This document shows, piece by piece, positions 12,688-22,672 of a stretch of 64,000 nt of DNA. The stretch spans positions 128,001-192,000 of the forward strand of contig JBCCWC010000003.1 of NCBI GenBank assembly GCA_039194325.1, read 5' to 3'. A program made the position numbers and the translations under genes. This stretch comes from Myxococcota bacterium. Its GTDB lineage: Bacteria > Myxococcota_A > Polyangia > Nannocystales > Nannocystaceae. Position 1 is the stretch's first letter. Each line of letters begins with the position of its first letter. The notes beneath the pieces are model-generated. The model did not search any database. It had not been told where the DNA came from and saw only the letters and a list, made by a program, of their open reading frames with translations.

Positions 12688-13323
12688 CTTCACAACCCAA
12701 AGATCTGCTCTTGCTTGTCGCCGATGCAGACATTGAACAGACGATGCGCGGGTTGCTCGAAAATCCACGGCGGCTCGGAATCAGGCCTGTCAGCTACGAG
12801 ATCAAGCGTCACCTGGAGAGGGATGCTGGTTGTGCTCGCCATTCCATCGGGTTTTTGCGCCTGTTCTGCAAGCAGTTTCGCCGTGCTCTTGTCATATTCG
12901 ACCACGAGGGCTCAGATCGAGAGTCGGAGACCCGTGAAGCCCTCGAATCATCGTTGGAGCAGGAGCTTGCTCGCAATGGATGGAAGGCTGAGTCGGTCCG
13001 GGTCATTGCCCTCGAGCCTGAGATTGAAGCGTGGGTCTGGAGTCCGTCGATACATGTAGCCAAGGTGCTGGGCTGGGATGATTGGGATCATCTTCGGAGC
13101 TGGTTGGTCGACCGTCAGATGTTGGATCAGCGGTCCAACAAACCCGAGCGACCGAAAGAGGCGATGCTTGCTGCTTGCTCTACGAGAACAACGCCTTCCA
13201 TTCTCCGCGTCGCTGTTTGGAAAGCTGGCTCGAAGTGTGAGCCATCGTGGGTGTGAGGATCCTTCGTTTGGCAAGTTGCGCTCGGTCCTCCATCGGTGGT
13301 TCGGAGCTACAGGAACAACATGA
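12684..13323 (+). pseudogene. Mad4-like (TOPRIM-related) partner protein with +1 frameshift near 13170
   Basis: ATGA overlap with ATPase; DLLLLVAD, RDAGC, FDHEG, PEIEAWVW, KPERPKE; C-terminus LREQR...CEDPSFGKL...WF continues in the +1 frame (ORF 13078-13323). Confidence 0.75.
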
Positions 13324-13356
13324 ACAAGGTGAGGATACAATCCTCGGATTGAGGTC

Positions 13357-15018
13357 ATGACCGGCTATTGCTTCGAGCAGTTCGGGCGGCGGGTGGTGGT
13401 GGACACCGCCGGTCAGGTCCTGCTCGCCGAGCTCGACGACCAAGCCAGCGGATCCGAGCGCACGCGAGATCCCTCGCCCGAAGATCCCTTCCGTCGCAAC
13501 CAAGACGACAGCTGGCGCGCGCCGGTCCACGCGTCGGTCAGCAGCGCCGGCCTGCGCTGCGATTTCACCCCGATGTTCGCCTTGATGGCGAAGCGCAAGG
13601 CCTTCGACGACCGGCTGCTGGCTCGCCTGGAGCACGTGCTGCACCACGGCGTCGCCGATCGTGAGGGCTCGGTCGGGCTCGTCGACCGTATTCGCCGGCA
13701 GCTGCCGTCGGGTACCGAGATGCGCGGCCTGCTCGACGCGGCGCTCCACCTGGTCCGGGGGTCGTGGCCCGAACAGAGCGCCGACGAGGAATCGGCCCGT
13801 CGGTGGGTGGCCTGCTTCGAGGTGGATCCGATCCAGAGCCAGCCGATCGGCGTCTACACCCGCTCTTCGGCGCTCCAGCGGATCTTTCGGCACGACCGGC
13901 TGCTCCAGTGGCGCCTCGGCTCGAGCGAAGCGAGCGCCATCGCCGAGGTGCTGCGTGGCGAGCCCACGCTCCTTGCCGCCTATCGATCGCACCTGGTCTT
14001 GATCTCGCGGATCAACGGGCCCTTTGCGACCCCTCCCGTGCTCGAGCCGGAGGAGCTGACCGCGATCTTCCCCGCGTCGGACTCGATGATGGCGCGGCTG
14101 CTCGAAGATCGGTTTGGGAACCGGCCGATCCCCCACGACTTTGCCCTGGGCGCCGAGCTCGTGGCTCGGATCCGCGATGGTCGCTTGCCGACCGAGCCCG
14201 GCGAGGACGACGGCTGGTATGCCTACAAGCTCCACGCCGACGCTGCGCTGCTTTCTCCTTGCACCGAGGGCCTGCGGGTGGGCCCGCGCTACGCCGAGGA
14301 GCTCGAGCAAACCTTTCAGTCGCTGATCACGTGCGATCGGCAGACCCACGTCAAGCAGCTCGAGCGCCTGGTGCTCGGTGGAATTCCCTTTTCGGTCGCG
14401 CCCCGGGTGACGGTGGAGCCCCTGCCCGATCACTACGCTCGCGTAGCCGAGGGCTACCGCTTCTTGCGAGAGCAGCTGAGCGAGCACCTGGGTGTGTCGG
14501 TGGTCCGCGGGATCCAGATCGACGACTATGGTCGGGTCGGGCCCTCGATCCACGATGCATTGCTGGAGATCGAGCTGTTGATGCGCGGCGCTCAGGTGGT
14601 CTCACGTGCGGAGCTGGGGCATCCGCTTCCGAGTACCACCCTACACGACGCGGCCCAGTCGGTATTTCGCTCGTGGCAGCGCCGCTCCGCCGACGACCCG
14701 GATCTCGCCCTCGATCTGGCCGCGATCACGCCGATCTTTTACGACATCGAGCGAAGGACCACCCGGATCTGCGCCACCTTGGGCGTGGAGACGCGATCAC
14801 TGCGTTTCGAATTCGTCGAGCGCCCGGCAGTGTCGGTCTTCGGCGAGGCGACGCACGGCTCGAACGAGCCGAGCTACCCGCCGGCGCGCCACCTGGTGAT
14901 GTGTCCGATCACCATCGAGTGTGACGTGAAGACACTGCCCAGCCGCGAGCAATTGCGCAAGCTGTGCGACGAGCACGAGCACCCCGCGGCCATCAAGGCG
15001 GCCCTGGAAGCTCGGTGA
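13357..15018 (+). CDS. Hypothetical protein, possibly remote DUF3160 relative
   Basis: Long ORF with host-like codon bias; RQTHVKQ...VTVEPLPDHYARV resembles the DUF3160 C-terminal pattern. Confidence 0.7.
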   Translation: MTGYCFEQFGRRVVVDTAGQVLLAELDDQASGSERTRDPSPEDPFRRNQDDSWRAPVHASVSSAGLRCDFTPMFALMAKRKAFDDRLLARLEHVLHHGVADREGSVGLVDRIRRQLPSGTEMRGLLDAALHLVRGSWPEQSADEESARRWVACFEVDPIQSQPIGVYTRSSALQRIFRHDRLLQWRLGSSEASAIAEVLRGEPTLLAAYRSHLVLISRINGPFATPPVLEPEELTAIFPASDSMMARLLEDRFGNRPIPHDFALGAELVARIRDGRLPTEPGEDDGWYAYKLHADAALLSPCTEGLRVGPRYAEELEQTFQSLITCDRQTHVKQLERLVLGGIPFSVAPRVTVEPLPDHYARVAEGYRFLREQLSEHLGVSVVRGIQIDDYGRVGPSIHDALLEIELLMRGAQVVSRAELGHPLPSTTLHDAAQSVFRSWQRRSADDPDLALDLAAITPIFYDIERRTTRICATLGVETRSLRFEFVERPAVSVFGEATHGSNEPSYPPARHLVMCPITIECDVKTLPSREQLRKLCDEHEHPAAIKAALEAR

Positions 15019-16498
15019 GCGACGGTATGGCGTCCAGGTCTTGCAGTGAGAGGTGCGCACCATGCGGGGACGACAAATAAGTCAGGATCTCTCCCATGCC
15101 GACGCCGTCATGGTCGCGCTCGTCTCGCCAAGTGCCCGCTTGAGGTCGCAACCGGAGCGCCCGAGTAGAGACTGATGCGGGCTTCTTCTCATTCCCTCTG
15201 TCGATCGTCACGCGAATCATGACCGTCTTGGCAAACAGGAGGTCGTTAGACTCTTGTAGCTGAACGAAACCAGGACTATGAGTATTGACGATGACTTGCC
15301 GAAGAGCGTTGTCGCAACCAGGTCTTTCGGCTGCGTCGACGGCAATGTCCTGCAACAGTTCGACCATCGCCGGTAATTGCAAGGGATGGATCCCGTTCTC
15401 GGGTTCCTCCATGCATATGAGACCCAGGACGCTGGGGTCACTGTCCATTATGCTGAGGGCCAGGAACCGCAGGGTTCCGTCGGAGAGTGATCGAGCAGGG
15501 AAAAACCCCCCTGTTCCTTGACGGAGCTCAAGTGTCAACAGCTCACGCCGATCATCCCGGTCGATTCGGATCTCTCGGGCGTCGATGAGCCGGGCAAGTC
15601 GCCGGGTTACCTCGGTATAGAACCGCCGCGGATTGAGCTCCGCTTCGTCGCGAGCGTTGCTTTCGTCGATGGCTTCTGTCGGCTGCGTCGCGAGTCGATA
15701 GAGCGAGGCCGGCATGTGGGCGCCGTTGGATGCGATCTGCGTGGGCGCAGTGAATGCGTCGGGGCTTCGCATGGCCGTGGGTTCGAGCGCGATGATCCTC
15801 CAGCTCTGCATCTCGCGACGCGCCGCGAGTATGGTGGGATCCGAGGCCGTATTGGTCGTGCACACGGCGGTGCGAGGTGCAGTATTCGCCGGAGAAGGTC
15901 GGGGAAGGCCTCGGCTGCCGCCGTCTTGGTGGATATTGATGGTATAGATATCGGTGTCATCGTCTTTGGTGGTGGAAATGAACCCGGACCCGCTATGTCG
16001 GGTACTTGAGATGACTGCGTCACGAAAGGGCTTACTCGCCCAGGCGATATGATCCTTTGCATCGCCTTGCTTGATATAGTCAAGAGACTCATACTGAAGC
16101 ACTAGTCGCCCCAGCCTAGCCAATTTAGTGGATGGTAGCTCGTAGCCGAGTCGAAGCTCATAACGCAGGAAAGTCGATGTTGCCTTTGCCTCCCTACCAA
16201 AATCGTCAGTGACGATCTGCGGAACGATCATCTCTACGATGAAGCTCATCTGCTCGAGACGTCGCTCGCCATCCGACCAAAACAGCTCTCTCGGATCACT
16301 CGCACGTCCTTGCGTAGAGCGAACGCGCTGTGCTGCTTCCATGATGGGGAGGTCGGTGAGCAGCGATAGAAAGTGAATAGCGTCGAAGATGTTCGACTTT
16401 CCCGCCCCATTTGGCCCAGCAATACAAGTGAACGGACCAAAGTCGATCTTCAACCCCAGGAGGTTCTTGAAACCGTTGACTTCGAGTCGCGTCAGCAT
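14993..16498 (-). CDS. ABC-type/AAA ATPase (defence-associated type), no partner gene downstream
   Basis: GPNGAGKS, LSDGTLRF, MEEPENGIHP, NTHSP; lower GC. Confidence 0.88.
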   Translation of the reverse strand: MLTRLEVNGFKNLLGLKIDFGPFTCIAGPNGAGKSNIFDAIHFLSLLTDLPIMEAAQRVRSTQGRASDPRELFWSDGERRLEQMSFIVEMIVPQIVTDDFGREAKATSTFLRYELRLGYELPSTKLARLGRLVLQYESLDYIKQGDAKDHIAWASKPFRDAVISSTRHSGSGFISTTKDDDTDIYTINIHQDGGSRGLPRPSPANTAPRTAVCTTNTASDPTILAARREMQSWRIIALEPTAMRSPDAFTAPTQIASNGAHMPASLYRLATQPTEAIDESNARDEAELNPRRFYTEVTRRLARLIDAREIRIDRDDRRELLTLELRQGTGGFFPARSLSDGTLRFLALSIMDSDPSVLGLICMEEPENGIHPLQLPAMVELLQDIAVDAAERPGCDNALRQVIVNTHSPGFVQLQESNDLLFAKTVMIRVTIDRGNEKKPASVSTRALRLRPQAGTWRDERDHDGVGMGEILTYLSSPHGAHLSLQDLDAIPSLTELPGPP

Positions 16499-16579
16499 GA
16501 ATTCCTACGTGTTCGAGAAGAGGGTATCATCACGATGCATCACGCGTCGGGCGAGCGCGCGAAGCAGCCACCACCACCC

Positions 16580-17425
16580 TCACCCCTTACGCTTGCGCTT
16601 GCGCTTGGCCTCGCGGGCAGGTCGCAGCGCCTTGCGAGCGCGCTTGATCAGCGCTCGAGCCAGCGTGTCCTCCGAGTCGGCCTCGGCCTCCGCCTTCGAT
16701 AGCAGCTCCAGCGCGCGCTCGACCTCGGAATCTCGCCCGGTCCGCGCCAAGCTGATGGCCAGCGCCGCGCCAGCCTGCGGGTGACCGTCGAGCTCCTCGT
16801 ACGCCGCCTCGAGGTGCTCGCGCGCCTGCTCGGCTCGTGCGGACTCATCGAGCGTGACCACGCCCAGATCCAGTCGGTCCCGGGCGGTCAGCGCCCCGGC
16901 CTCTTGCAGCGCGACGAGGTGCTCGCGAGCACCGGCGCGATCGTCCGCCAGCATCAACGCCCGGGCCTGGGCGCTACGCATCACGCTCATGGTGGGATCA
17001 CCGAGCACCCGCGCGGTGTCGGCAAACGACTGCGCCGCGCCACGCCCATCCCCTTGGGCGAGGTACAGCCGCCCTTTTTGTAGCGTCACCCAGGCATCGG
17101 GAGCAAAGGCCGACACCAGCACGGACTTGCTCAGCGCCTCGATCTGCGCGGACGCAGCCTCCCGGTCGGCGGCCATGATCCGGGGCTCGCGCCGCACGAT
17201 CACCTGGTCGGTGATGATCGGGATCAACACGAACCCGAGCACGCCGACCACCATCAGCGAGTAGCTCACCGCGGGCCACGGCAGGGCCAGACCGATGAGC
17301 AGCATCATCGAGCCGAAGAGCGCGCGGGTCAGGCGGCCCTGGAGTGGGCGGCCGCTGCGGGACCACACCGACTTGGGGACGTGGACGTCCAGCAGGTCGG
17401 ATCGGGAGATGACGGGCTTGCTCAC
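16580..17425 (-). CDS. Membrane protein with two TM helices and TPR-like helical domain, basic C-terminus
   Basis: Two hydrophobic segments then KGRLYLAQGDGRGAAQSF and LGVV...AREHLEAA TPR-like repeats; start approximate. Confidence 0.7.
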   Translation of the reverse strand: MSKPVISRSDLLDVHVPKSVWSRSGRPLQGRLTRALFGSMMLLIGLALPWPAVSYSLMVVGVLGFVLIPIITDQVIVRREPRIMAADREAASAQIEALSKSVLVSAFAPDAWVTLQKGRLYLAQGDGRGAAQSFADTARVLGDPTMSVMRSAQARALMLADDRAGAREHLVALQEAGALTARDRLDLGVVTLDESARAEQAREHLEAAYEELDGHPQAGAALAISLARTGRDSEVERALELLSKAEAEADSEDTLARALIKRARKALRPAREAKRKRKRKG

Positions 17426-17514
17426 GGCGGCCAGGAGATACCCCGCAGGGTCCCAGCACCGCAATCGCACGGCTTTTGTCGGGTTAGGTGCCGGTGCGAG
17501 CTAGACTGGTGTCC

Positions 17515-18645
17515 GTGGTCCACATCGCCGCGGATCTCCCTCAGTTCCTTCAGCGCCGCGAGCTAGCGGCCTACGAGCAGCGTCTAGCGCGGATGGCCTA
17601 CGCCTATGGCGTCGACCTGCGCCGGGCCCAGTGGCTGGCCACGTCCACCGTGGTCGACCCCATCATGCGAGCGGTCGACCGCCGGTGGAGCCAGCTGGTC
17701 TCGAGCCTCGACGAGGATAGCCTCCACCCGCTCCGCAAGGCGCCGCCGACCGCGCTGCTCGAGGAGCTGTCTCGGCTGATCCATATGCTACGAGCCCCGC
17801 TGCCCACGCTGCGGATCCTTCGACGCGAGGTCGCCAGCCGGTGGCCGGCGATCACTCCCCTGGGCACGACCAAGGGCGGGATCCACTGGCTGGTCCTCGA
17901 TCTCGACCGCGTGATGCAGATGTCGGCGCCCGAGCGCACGTTCGCCCTGGCCTCGGGCCTGGGCCACTTGCAGTGCGAGCACGGGCCGATCTTCGCGACC
18001 CACCTCATGGCCGATCGCGGTCACCGGATGGGCTTGATGCGAAGCCTCTTGCGTCCGTGGGCCAAGGTCTCCGTGTTCTCCGCCGACCGCGCCGGGCTCG
18101 TCGCGGTGCGCTCGTTGTCGGTCGCCATCGAGACGATCGAGCGCCAAACCGCCGAGCAGGTGCCCTGGATGCCCCGCTGGCCCGAGCTGGCCGTGCGGCG
18201 CCAAGCCCTCGAAGACTTCGATCGCAGCGCGCTGATGGCCCGCCGACGGGTTCTCTCCGACGACGAAGGGGGCGGCTGGACGATGGCCCCGCCCGGCCGC
18301 GAAGAAGAGCTCGACTCGATCGGTCGCAAGCTCAGCGCCGCGTTCGGCGGCGCGCTACGCCTGGGCGGACGGCTGGCCATGAAGATCGAGGGCTACGAGC
18401 GGCGTCCCGACGGGGACAACGAAGACCGCGGGGATCCGAGCGAGGCCACCGCCGATGCGGCGCCGGCCGACGCCCGCCCAGACGACGCCGAGGCGTCCAC
18501 CGAGTCTCCCCCTCCCGAGCCTCCCCCTCCCGAGCCCCCCAAGCTCGATCCCGAGCGGGCCTCTGCGCTGGAGAAGGCCCTGCGCAACGCATGGACGCTC
18601 GCTCGCTGTGACTCGCGACTGACCCGGAGGCTCGGCCTGCTATGA
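17515..18645 (+). CDS. Peptidase M48-like protein with degenerate zinc-binding motif
   Basis: ERTFALASGLGHLQCEH (HExxH replaced by SGLGH) and FSADRAGL motif; ATGA overlap with dynamin gene. Confidence 0.65.
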   Translation: MVHIAADLPQFLQRRELAAYEQRLARMAYAYGVDLRRAQWLATSTVVDPIMRAVDRRWSQLVSSLDEDSLHPLRKAPPTALLEELSRLIHMLRAPLPTLRILRREVASRWPAITPLGTTKGGIHWLVLDLDRVMQMSAPERTFALASGLGHLQCEHGPIFATHLMADRGHRMGLMRSLLRPWAKVSVFSADRAGLVAVRSLSVAIETIERQTAEQVPWMPRWPELAVRRQALEDFDRSALMARRRVLSDDEGGGWTMAPPGREEELDSIGRKLSAAFGGALRLGGRLAMKIEGYERRPDGDNEDRGDPSEATADAAPADARPDDAEASTESPPPEPPPPEPPKLDPERASALEKALRNAWTLARCDSRLTRRLGLL

Positions 18646-20456
18646 CCACCGCTACATCTCCGTCCCCCGCCGATGCGCACGCATCCGACGAAGCCCGACG
18701 CACCCTGCTCGAGCAGGCCCAGGCCCTGGGATCTATCGCCACCGAGCTGGGTCTACCGTTGCTGGCACGCACGATCGACGCCGACACCCGCCGCCGCCTC
18801 GACGAACACCGCGTGCGGGCGGTGGTGCTGGGCGAGATCAAGCAGGGCAAGAGCACCCTCATCAACGCGATCCTTGGCCACGATGCCCTCCCCACCGGGG
18901 TCACTCCCACCACCGGCGCCGTGGCCACGGTGCGCGTCGGCGCCGAGCCGGGGATGTACCTGTGCACCGACCACGACCGATCCCCGGTGGAGCCCGAGCG
19001 CTTCGCCGCGCTGGCCACCGGGCGTGAGTCGCCCGATCAAGGGGCCACCCTCGAGCTGGTGGTGGCCGACGGCGCCTTGCCGCCCACCCTTGAGTTGCTC
19101 GACACGCCGGGCATGAACGACATCGAGCGGGTGCGCGGCGCGATCAGCCGAGGTGAGCTGCCGCGCGCCGACGTGCTGGTGCTGGTGCTCGACGCCACCC
19201 AGCTGCTCAATCGCACCGAAATGGCATTCTTGCGCGATGCGGTGTCGGCCGTGGGAGGCCTGGCCGGCTCCGGGGCGCGCCTCTTGCTGGCCATCAACCG
19301 GATCGACCTGGTCGCCGAGTCGGATCGTCCGCTGCTGGTCGACCATCTGCGTCGCGAGGTCCGGGCGCTGGCCGGCGACGAGGGCCAGGCCGCGATCGAG
19401 ATCTTCCAAACCGACGCCCGGGGGGCGCTGCGTCGTCCCGAGGAGGCCTCGCCGGGCATCGAGCAGGTGCGGCAGCTGCGACAGCGGCTCGTAGAGATCG
19501 CCGAAGGGCATGCCGATGTACTACCGGCCCGGGCTCGAGCCGCGCTGGCCCGGCACGCCTCGCTGCTGGCCCACAACGCCGCGATTGCGGCCCGAGCCCT
19601 CACCCTCGAGGAGCTGGCCTTGCGCCGCGAGATCCGTTCGATCGAGCGCGAGGTGGTCGACCACGAGTCCGACTTGGTCGTGCTCCGCGAGCAACTGGCC
19701 GCCGGTCAGGCCAAGCTCCAGGAGCAGAGCGAAGGCCGGATCGATCGCTTCCGCGACGATCTGCGCGCCAGCACGCTGTCGTGCATCGACGCCGCCAACC
19801 TGCGGATCCTCTCCCACCACCTGCCCGGCTCGTTGCACGACGCGTTCTTGGCGTTTGCGCGCGAGGAATCGGAGCGCCTGCGGGTCGAGCTCGACGAGCT
19901 CACGCGTCAGGCCATGCGCACCCACGGCGAGCAAGCTCGGCGCCGCCTGTTCCAGGCGACGATGCGGCTGGGCTTTCGGGGGCCGCCGATCTACGTCGAC
20001 CCGCCCTCTGTCGTGCTCGAAGCGGGCTTGGTGGCGATCGGGCTGGCGGGCACCGCGGTGATGTACTTCGGGAGCATGGTGGCGGGGCTCACCATGACGG
20101 TGGCCGGGCCCCTGGCCACCGTATTCCTGCGAGAGAAGTCTCTGCGCGACGCCCGGGCTCGGGCCAAAGAAGAGTTACCCGGCGCGCTGGAGCGGGCGAG
20201 CGAGGCCTTGCGCGAGAGCATTCGCCGCGTGGTCGAGCAGCATGTCTCGGCCGTAGAAGAACACCTCGTGCTGGCCAACGTCGCGCTGGGGCGGCAGCTG
20301 GTCTCGGTGCTCGAGCTGGCGCGTGAACGTTTGGGCCACGACGACGCGCCGGACGCTGCCGAGCGCCGGGCCAAGGCACAAGAGCGCATGCTGCAGCTGG
20401 AGCAGAAGCTCTACGAGCTTCGACACGCGCTGCGCCCGAGTGTGCCGGAGGGGTAG
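18642..20456 (+). CDS. Bacterial dynamin-like GTPase
   Basis: G1 GEIKQGKST, G2 PTT, G3 DTPG, G4 NRID; helical stalk and hydrophobic paddle segment. Confidence 0.88.
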   Translation: MTTATSPSPADAHASDEARRTLLEQAQALGSIATELGLPLLARTIDADTRRRLDEHRVRAVVLGEIKQGKSTLINAILGHDALPTGVTPTTGAVATVRVGAEPGMYLCTDHDRSPVEPERFAALATGRESPDQGATLELVVADGALPPTLELLDTPGMNDIERVRGAISRGELPRADVLVLVLDATQLLNRTEMAFLRDAVSAVGGLAGSGARLLLAINRIDLVAESDRPLLVDHLRREVRALAGDEGQAAIEIFQTDARGALRRPEEASPGIEQVRQLRQRLVEIAEGHADVLPARARAALARHASLLAHNAAIAARALTLEELALRREIRSIEREVVDHESDLVVLREQLAAGQAKLQEQSEGRIDRFRDDLRASTLSCIDAANLRILSHHLPGSLHDAFLAFAREESERLRVELDELTRQAMRTHGEQARRRLFQATMRLGFRGPPIYVDPPSVVLEAGLVAIGLAGTAVMYFGSMVAGLTMTVAGPLATVFLREKSLRDARARAKEELPGALERASEALRESIRRVVEQHVSAVEEHLVLANVALGRQLVSVLELARERLGHDDAPDAAERRAKAQERMLQLEQKLYELRHALRPSVPEG

Positions 20457-20752
20457 GCTCGTGGCTCACCGGGGTCAAGCTGGGGCCGGGCGCCCGGTGT
20501 CCAGCGCCCGGGGTCGAGGGCCCAGCACCCTGCGTAGGTCATGGAAATCGTGGCGGTGACCGTGATCGGGAGGGTGGCCCATCGGGATCGTCGCGCTCGG
20601 ACGAGGAATCGTTCGCTTCGGTGCGCTAGGGAGTCGCGGGCCGGGCACGAATATGGCACCTTGATCTCATGGGGGAGCGGGACGAAGAAGGATTGCGGGC
20701 GCCGGTTCGAAGCGAGCTGCAGGCCAGTCGTGCTCACCATGAGAAGGCGTAC

Positions 20753-21088
20753 ATGAGCGAGCTGGGTCACCGGCTTCGAAGCCTTCGCGAGGAACGAGGG
20801 ATGACGCAGCAGGTGGTCGCGCAGGCGGCCGGGATCGCGACCGACATGGTGTCGCGGTTAGAGAACGGTCACTACAGCAGCCCGGGGCTCCGTACCTTGC
20901 TGCGGATCGCCGAGGGGATGGGGCTCACCGTCTCGGCGTTGCTGCCGGACATGCCGAGCCTCAATCAGGCCAGCCCCGAGGCCAACCTACGGGCGCGGCT
21001 CAATACGCTGCTGCATCGGGTGGACCTCGACGACCTCGAGCTTATCGTCGAGATCGCGGGCACGATCGTCGCTCGGCGTCGGCACTGA
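20753..21088 (+). CDS. XRE-family helix-turn-helix transcriptional regulator
   Basis: LGHRLRSLREERGMTQQVVA...SRLENG...PGLRTLLRIA. Confidence 0.9.
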   Translation: MSELGHRLRSLREERGMTQQVVAQAAGIATDMVSRLENGHYSSPGLRTLLRIAEGMGLTVSALLPDMPSLNQASPEANLRARLNTLLHRVDLDDLELIVEIAGTIVARRRH

Positions 21089-21156
21089 GGCGAGCGTCGG
21101 GCTCCGCGGGCAGTCGAGCGCCACGCTCGACCGTACCTGGGTCCTCGGTCGGGTCG

Positions 21157-21192
21157 CCCGGACCCGGACCCGGACCCGGACCCGGACCCGGA
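21157..21192. repeat. (CCCGGA)6 microsatellite between convergent genes
   Basis: Six perfect hexamer copies read directly. Confidence 0.95.
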
Positions 21193-21198
21193 CTGGGA

Positions 21199-21993
21199 TC
21201 AGAAGCGGCCGACCCAGGCCAAGCCCGCGCCACGGCGCAGCGTGGTCGGCACCAGGGCGGTCTTCTTGTCCCCGGCCACGCGCTGCCAACGCTTGTAGCG
21301 AACGTGATAGCCGGCACCAACACCGAGCACCATCGCGCCGGTGAGCAAGGTGGCGGCTCCCATGGGGATCAGCAGCGTGTCTTGGTTTTGCAGGCCACAC
21401 TGCAAGGGCCCATCGATGCTGCAATTGCGGGTGATCAGGCTGAAGGTGATGGTCAGGCCCAGACCAACGCCGGCCACCACGCCACCGGCGATCATCAGGC
21501 CCTTGCCCGTCGCCGGCTTGCCGGCGATCCGCGGCTCTTCTGGGCCATCCTCTTCATCGGGCATGAAGGATGGGGGCGGGGGCTCGGCCTCGGCTTCCGC
21601 GGCGGCTTCGGCCTCGGCGGCGGCGGCGGCTTCGGCCTCGGCAGCGGCGGCAGCTTCGGCTTCGGCTTCCGCGGCGGCGGCGGCTTCGGCCTCGGCGGCG
21701 GCGGCGGCTTCGGCCTCCTCGGGAGTCATCTGCGTGGGAGTCTCGCCCTCGGGAGTCTCGCCTTCGGGAGTCTCGCCCTCGGGAGTCTCGCCCTCGGGAG
21801 TCTCGCCTTCGGGAGTCTCGCCCTCGGGGGCATCGGCCGCCTCGCCTTCGGGGGCCGCCTCGGGGGTCTCGCCCTCGGGGGCCGCTTCGGCGGCGGCTTC
21901 CTCGGGGGCGGCCAGAGCCTCGATGGGCGCTAGCGCCAGCGCGGCGGCGACGAGCGAGGAAACGAGCGACACGGTCGGGGTGCTGGTGCGCAT
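21199..21993 (-). CDS. Secreted/membrane protein with acidic PEGET and EAEAAAAA repeats
   Basis: Signal peptide, low-complexity repeats, two C-terminal hydrophobic segments, ends in GRF. Confidence 0.75.
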   Translation of the reverse strand: MRTSTPTVSLVSSLVAAALALAPIEALAAPEEAAAEAAPEGETPEAAPEGEAADAPEGETPEGETPEGETPEGETPEGETPEGETPTQMTPEEAEAAAAAEAEAAAAAEAEAEAAAAAEAEAAAAAEAEAAAEAEAEPPPPSFMPDEEDGPEEPRIAGKPATGKGLMIAGGVVAGVGLGLTITFSLITRNCSIDGPLQCGLQNQDTLLIPMGAATLLTGAMVLGVGAGYHVRYKRWQRVAGDKKTALVPTTLRRGAGLAWVGRF

Positions 21994-22159
21994 GAGCAAC
22001 GCCTCGGAGCAGGTAGGAACGTGGAGCGGAGTATCGTACGCCCGCGGGGGCTTCACAAGCCCGTAGGGGCCGTTCGGCGGGACGAGCGAGCGGTCATTGG
22101 TCCCGTAGGTCACCGCGAGACCCAAGACGGCTGCTAGACTAGGCTCCGCCGTCGCGATC

Positions 22160-22672
22160 ATGCCCATGCTCGCCGACATCGACGACCCGCCCAAGTCCCG
22201 AGCTCGGGGGCTGCTCATCGGGTTGCTCATCGCCGTGCCGGTCGCCGCCGTGTTCATCGGGGTATTCGTGCCCAGCCTGGTCGGTGCGATCTTGGGCGGG
22301 GCCCGCAGCTTCGACGATCGCTTGCGCCAGGAAGACGCCTACATGCAAGCGGTCTGCGCCCAAGCGATGTCTCTTCCACGCGACGAGGCGCTGTGCGAGT
22401 GCGTGATGGCGGTCGAGTACCCGGCGCTCGACTGTCAGGCTCCATTCTTGGCGTGGTCCGTCCAGCGTCAACAGGAGCACTGCGCAACCCCCGACGATCG
22501 CAAGGCATCGCTGAGCTTCTGCTCGTGCGTCGAGGCGGTGGCCGAGGCGGTGACCGAGGTCGAGGCCGACGATGAAGAAGGTCGTGAGCGCGAAGCTGCG
22601 GCCTATCGCCGCTGCCAAGAGCTACCCGACGCCGTCCACCTACCGCCGGTCGACGCGCTCATCGCCAGCTAG
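22160..22672 (+). CDS. Hypothetical membrane-anchored Cys-rich protein
   Basis: N-terminal TM; LCECV and FCSCV paired Cys motifs. Confidence 0.7.
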   Translation: MPMLADIDDPPKSRARGLLIGLLIAVPVAAVFIGVFVPSLVGAILGGARSFDDRLRQEDAYMQAVCAQAMSLPRDEALCECVMAVEYPALDCQAPFLAWSVQRQQEHCATPDDRKASLSFCSCVEAVAEAVTEVEADDEEGREREAAAYRRCQELPDAVHLPPVDALIAS

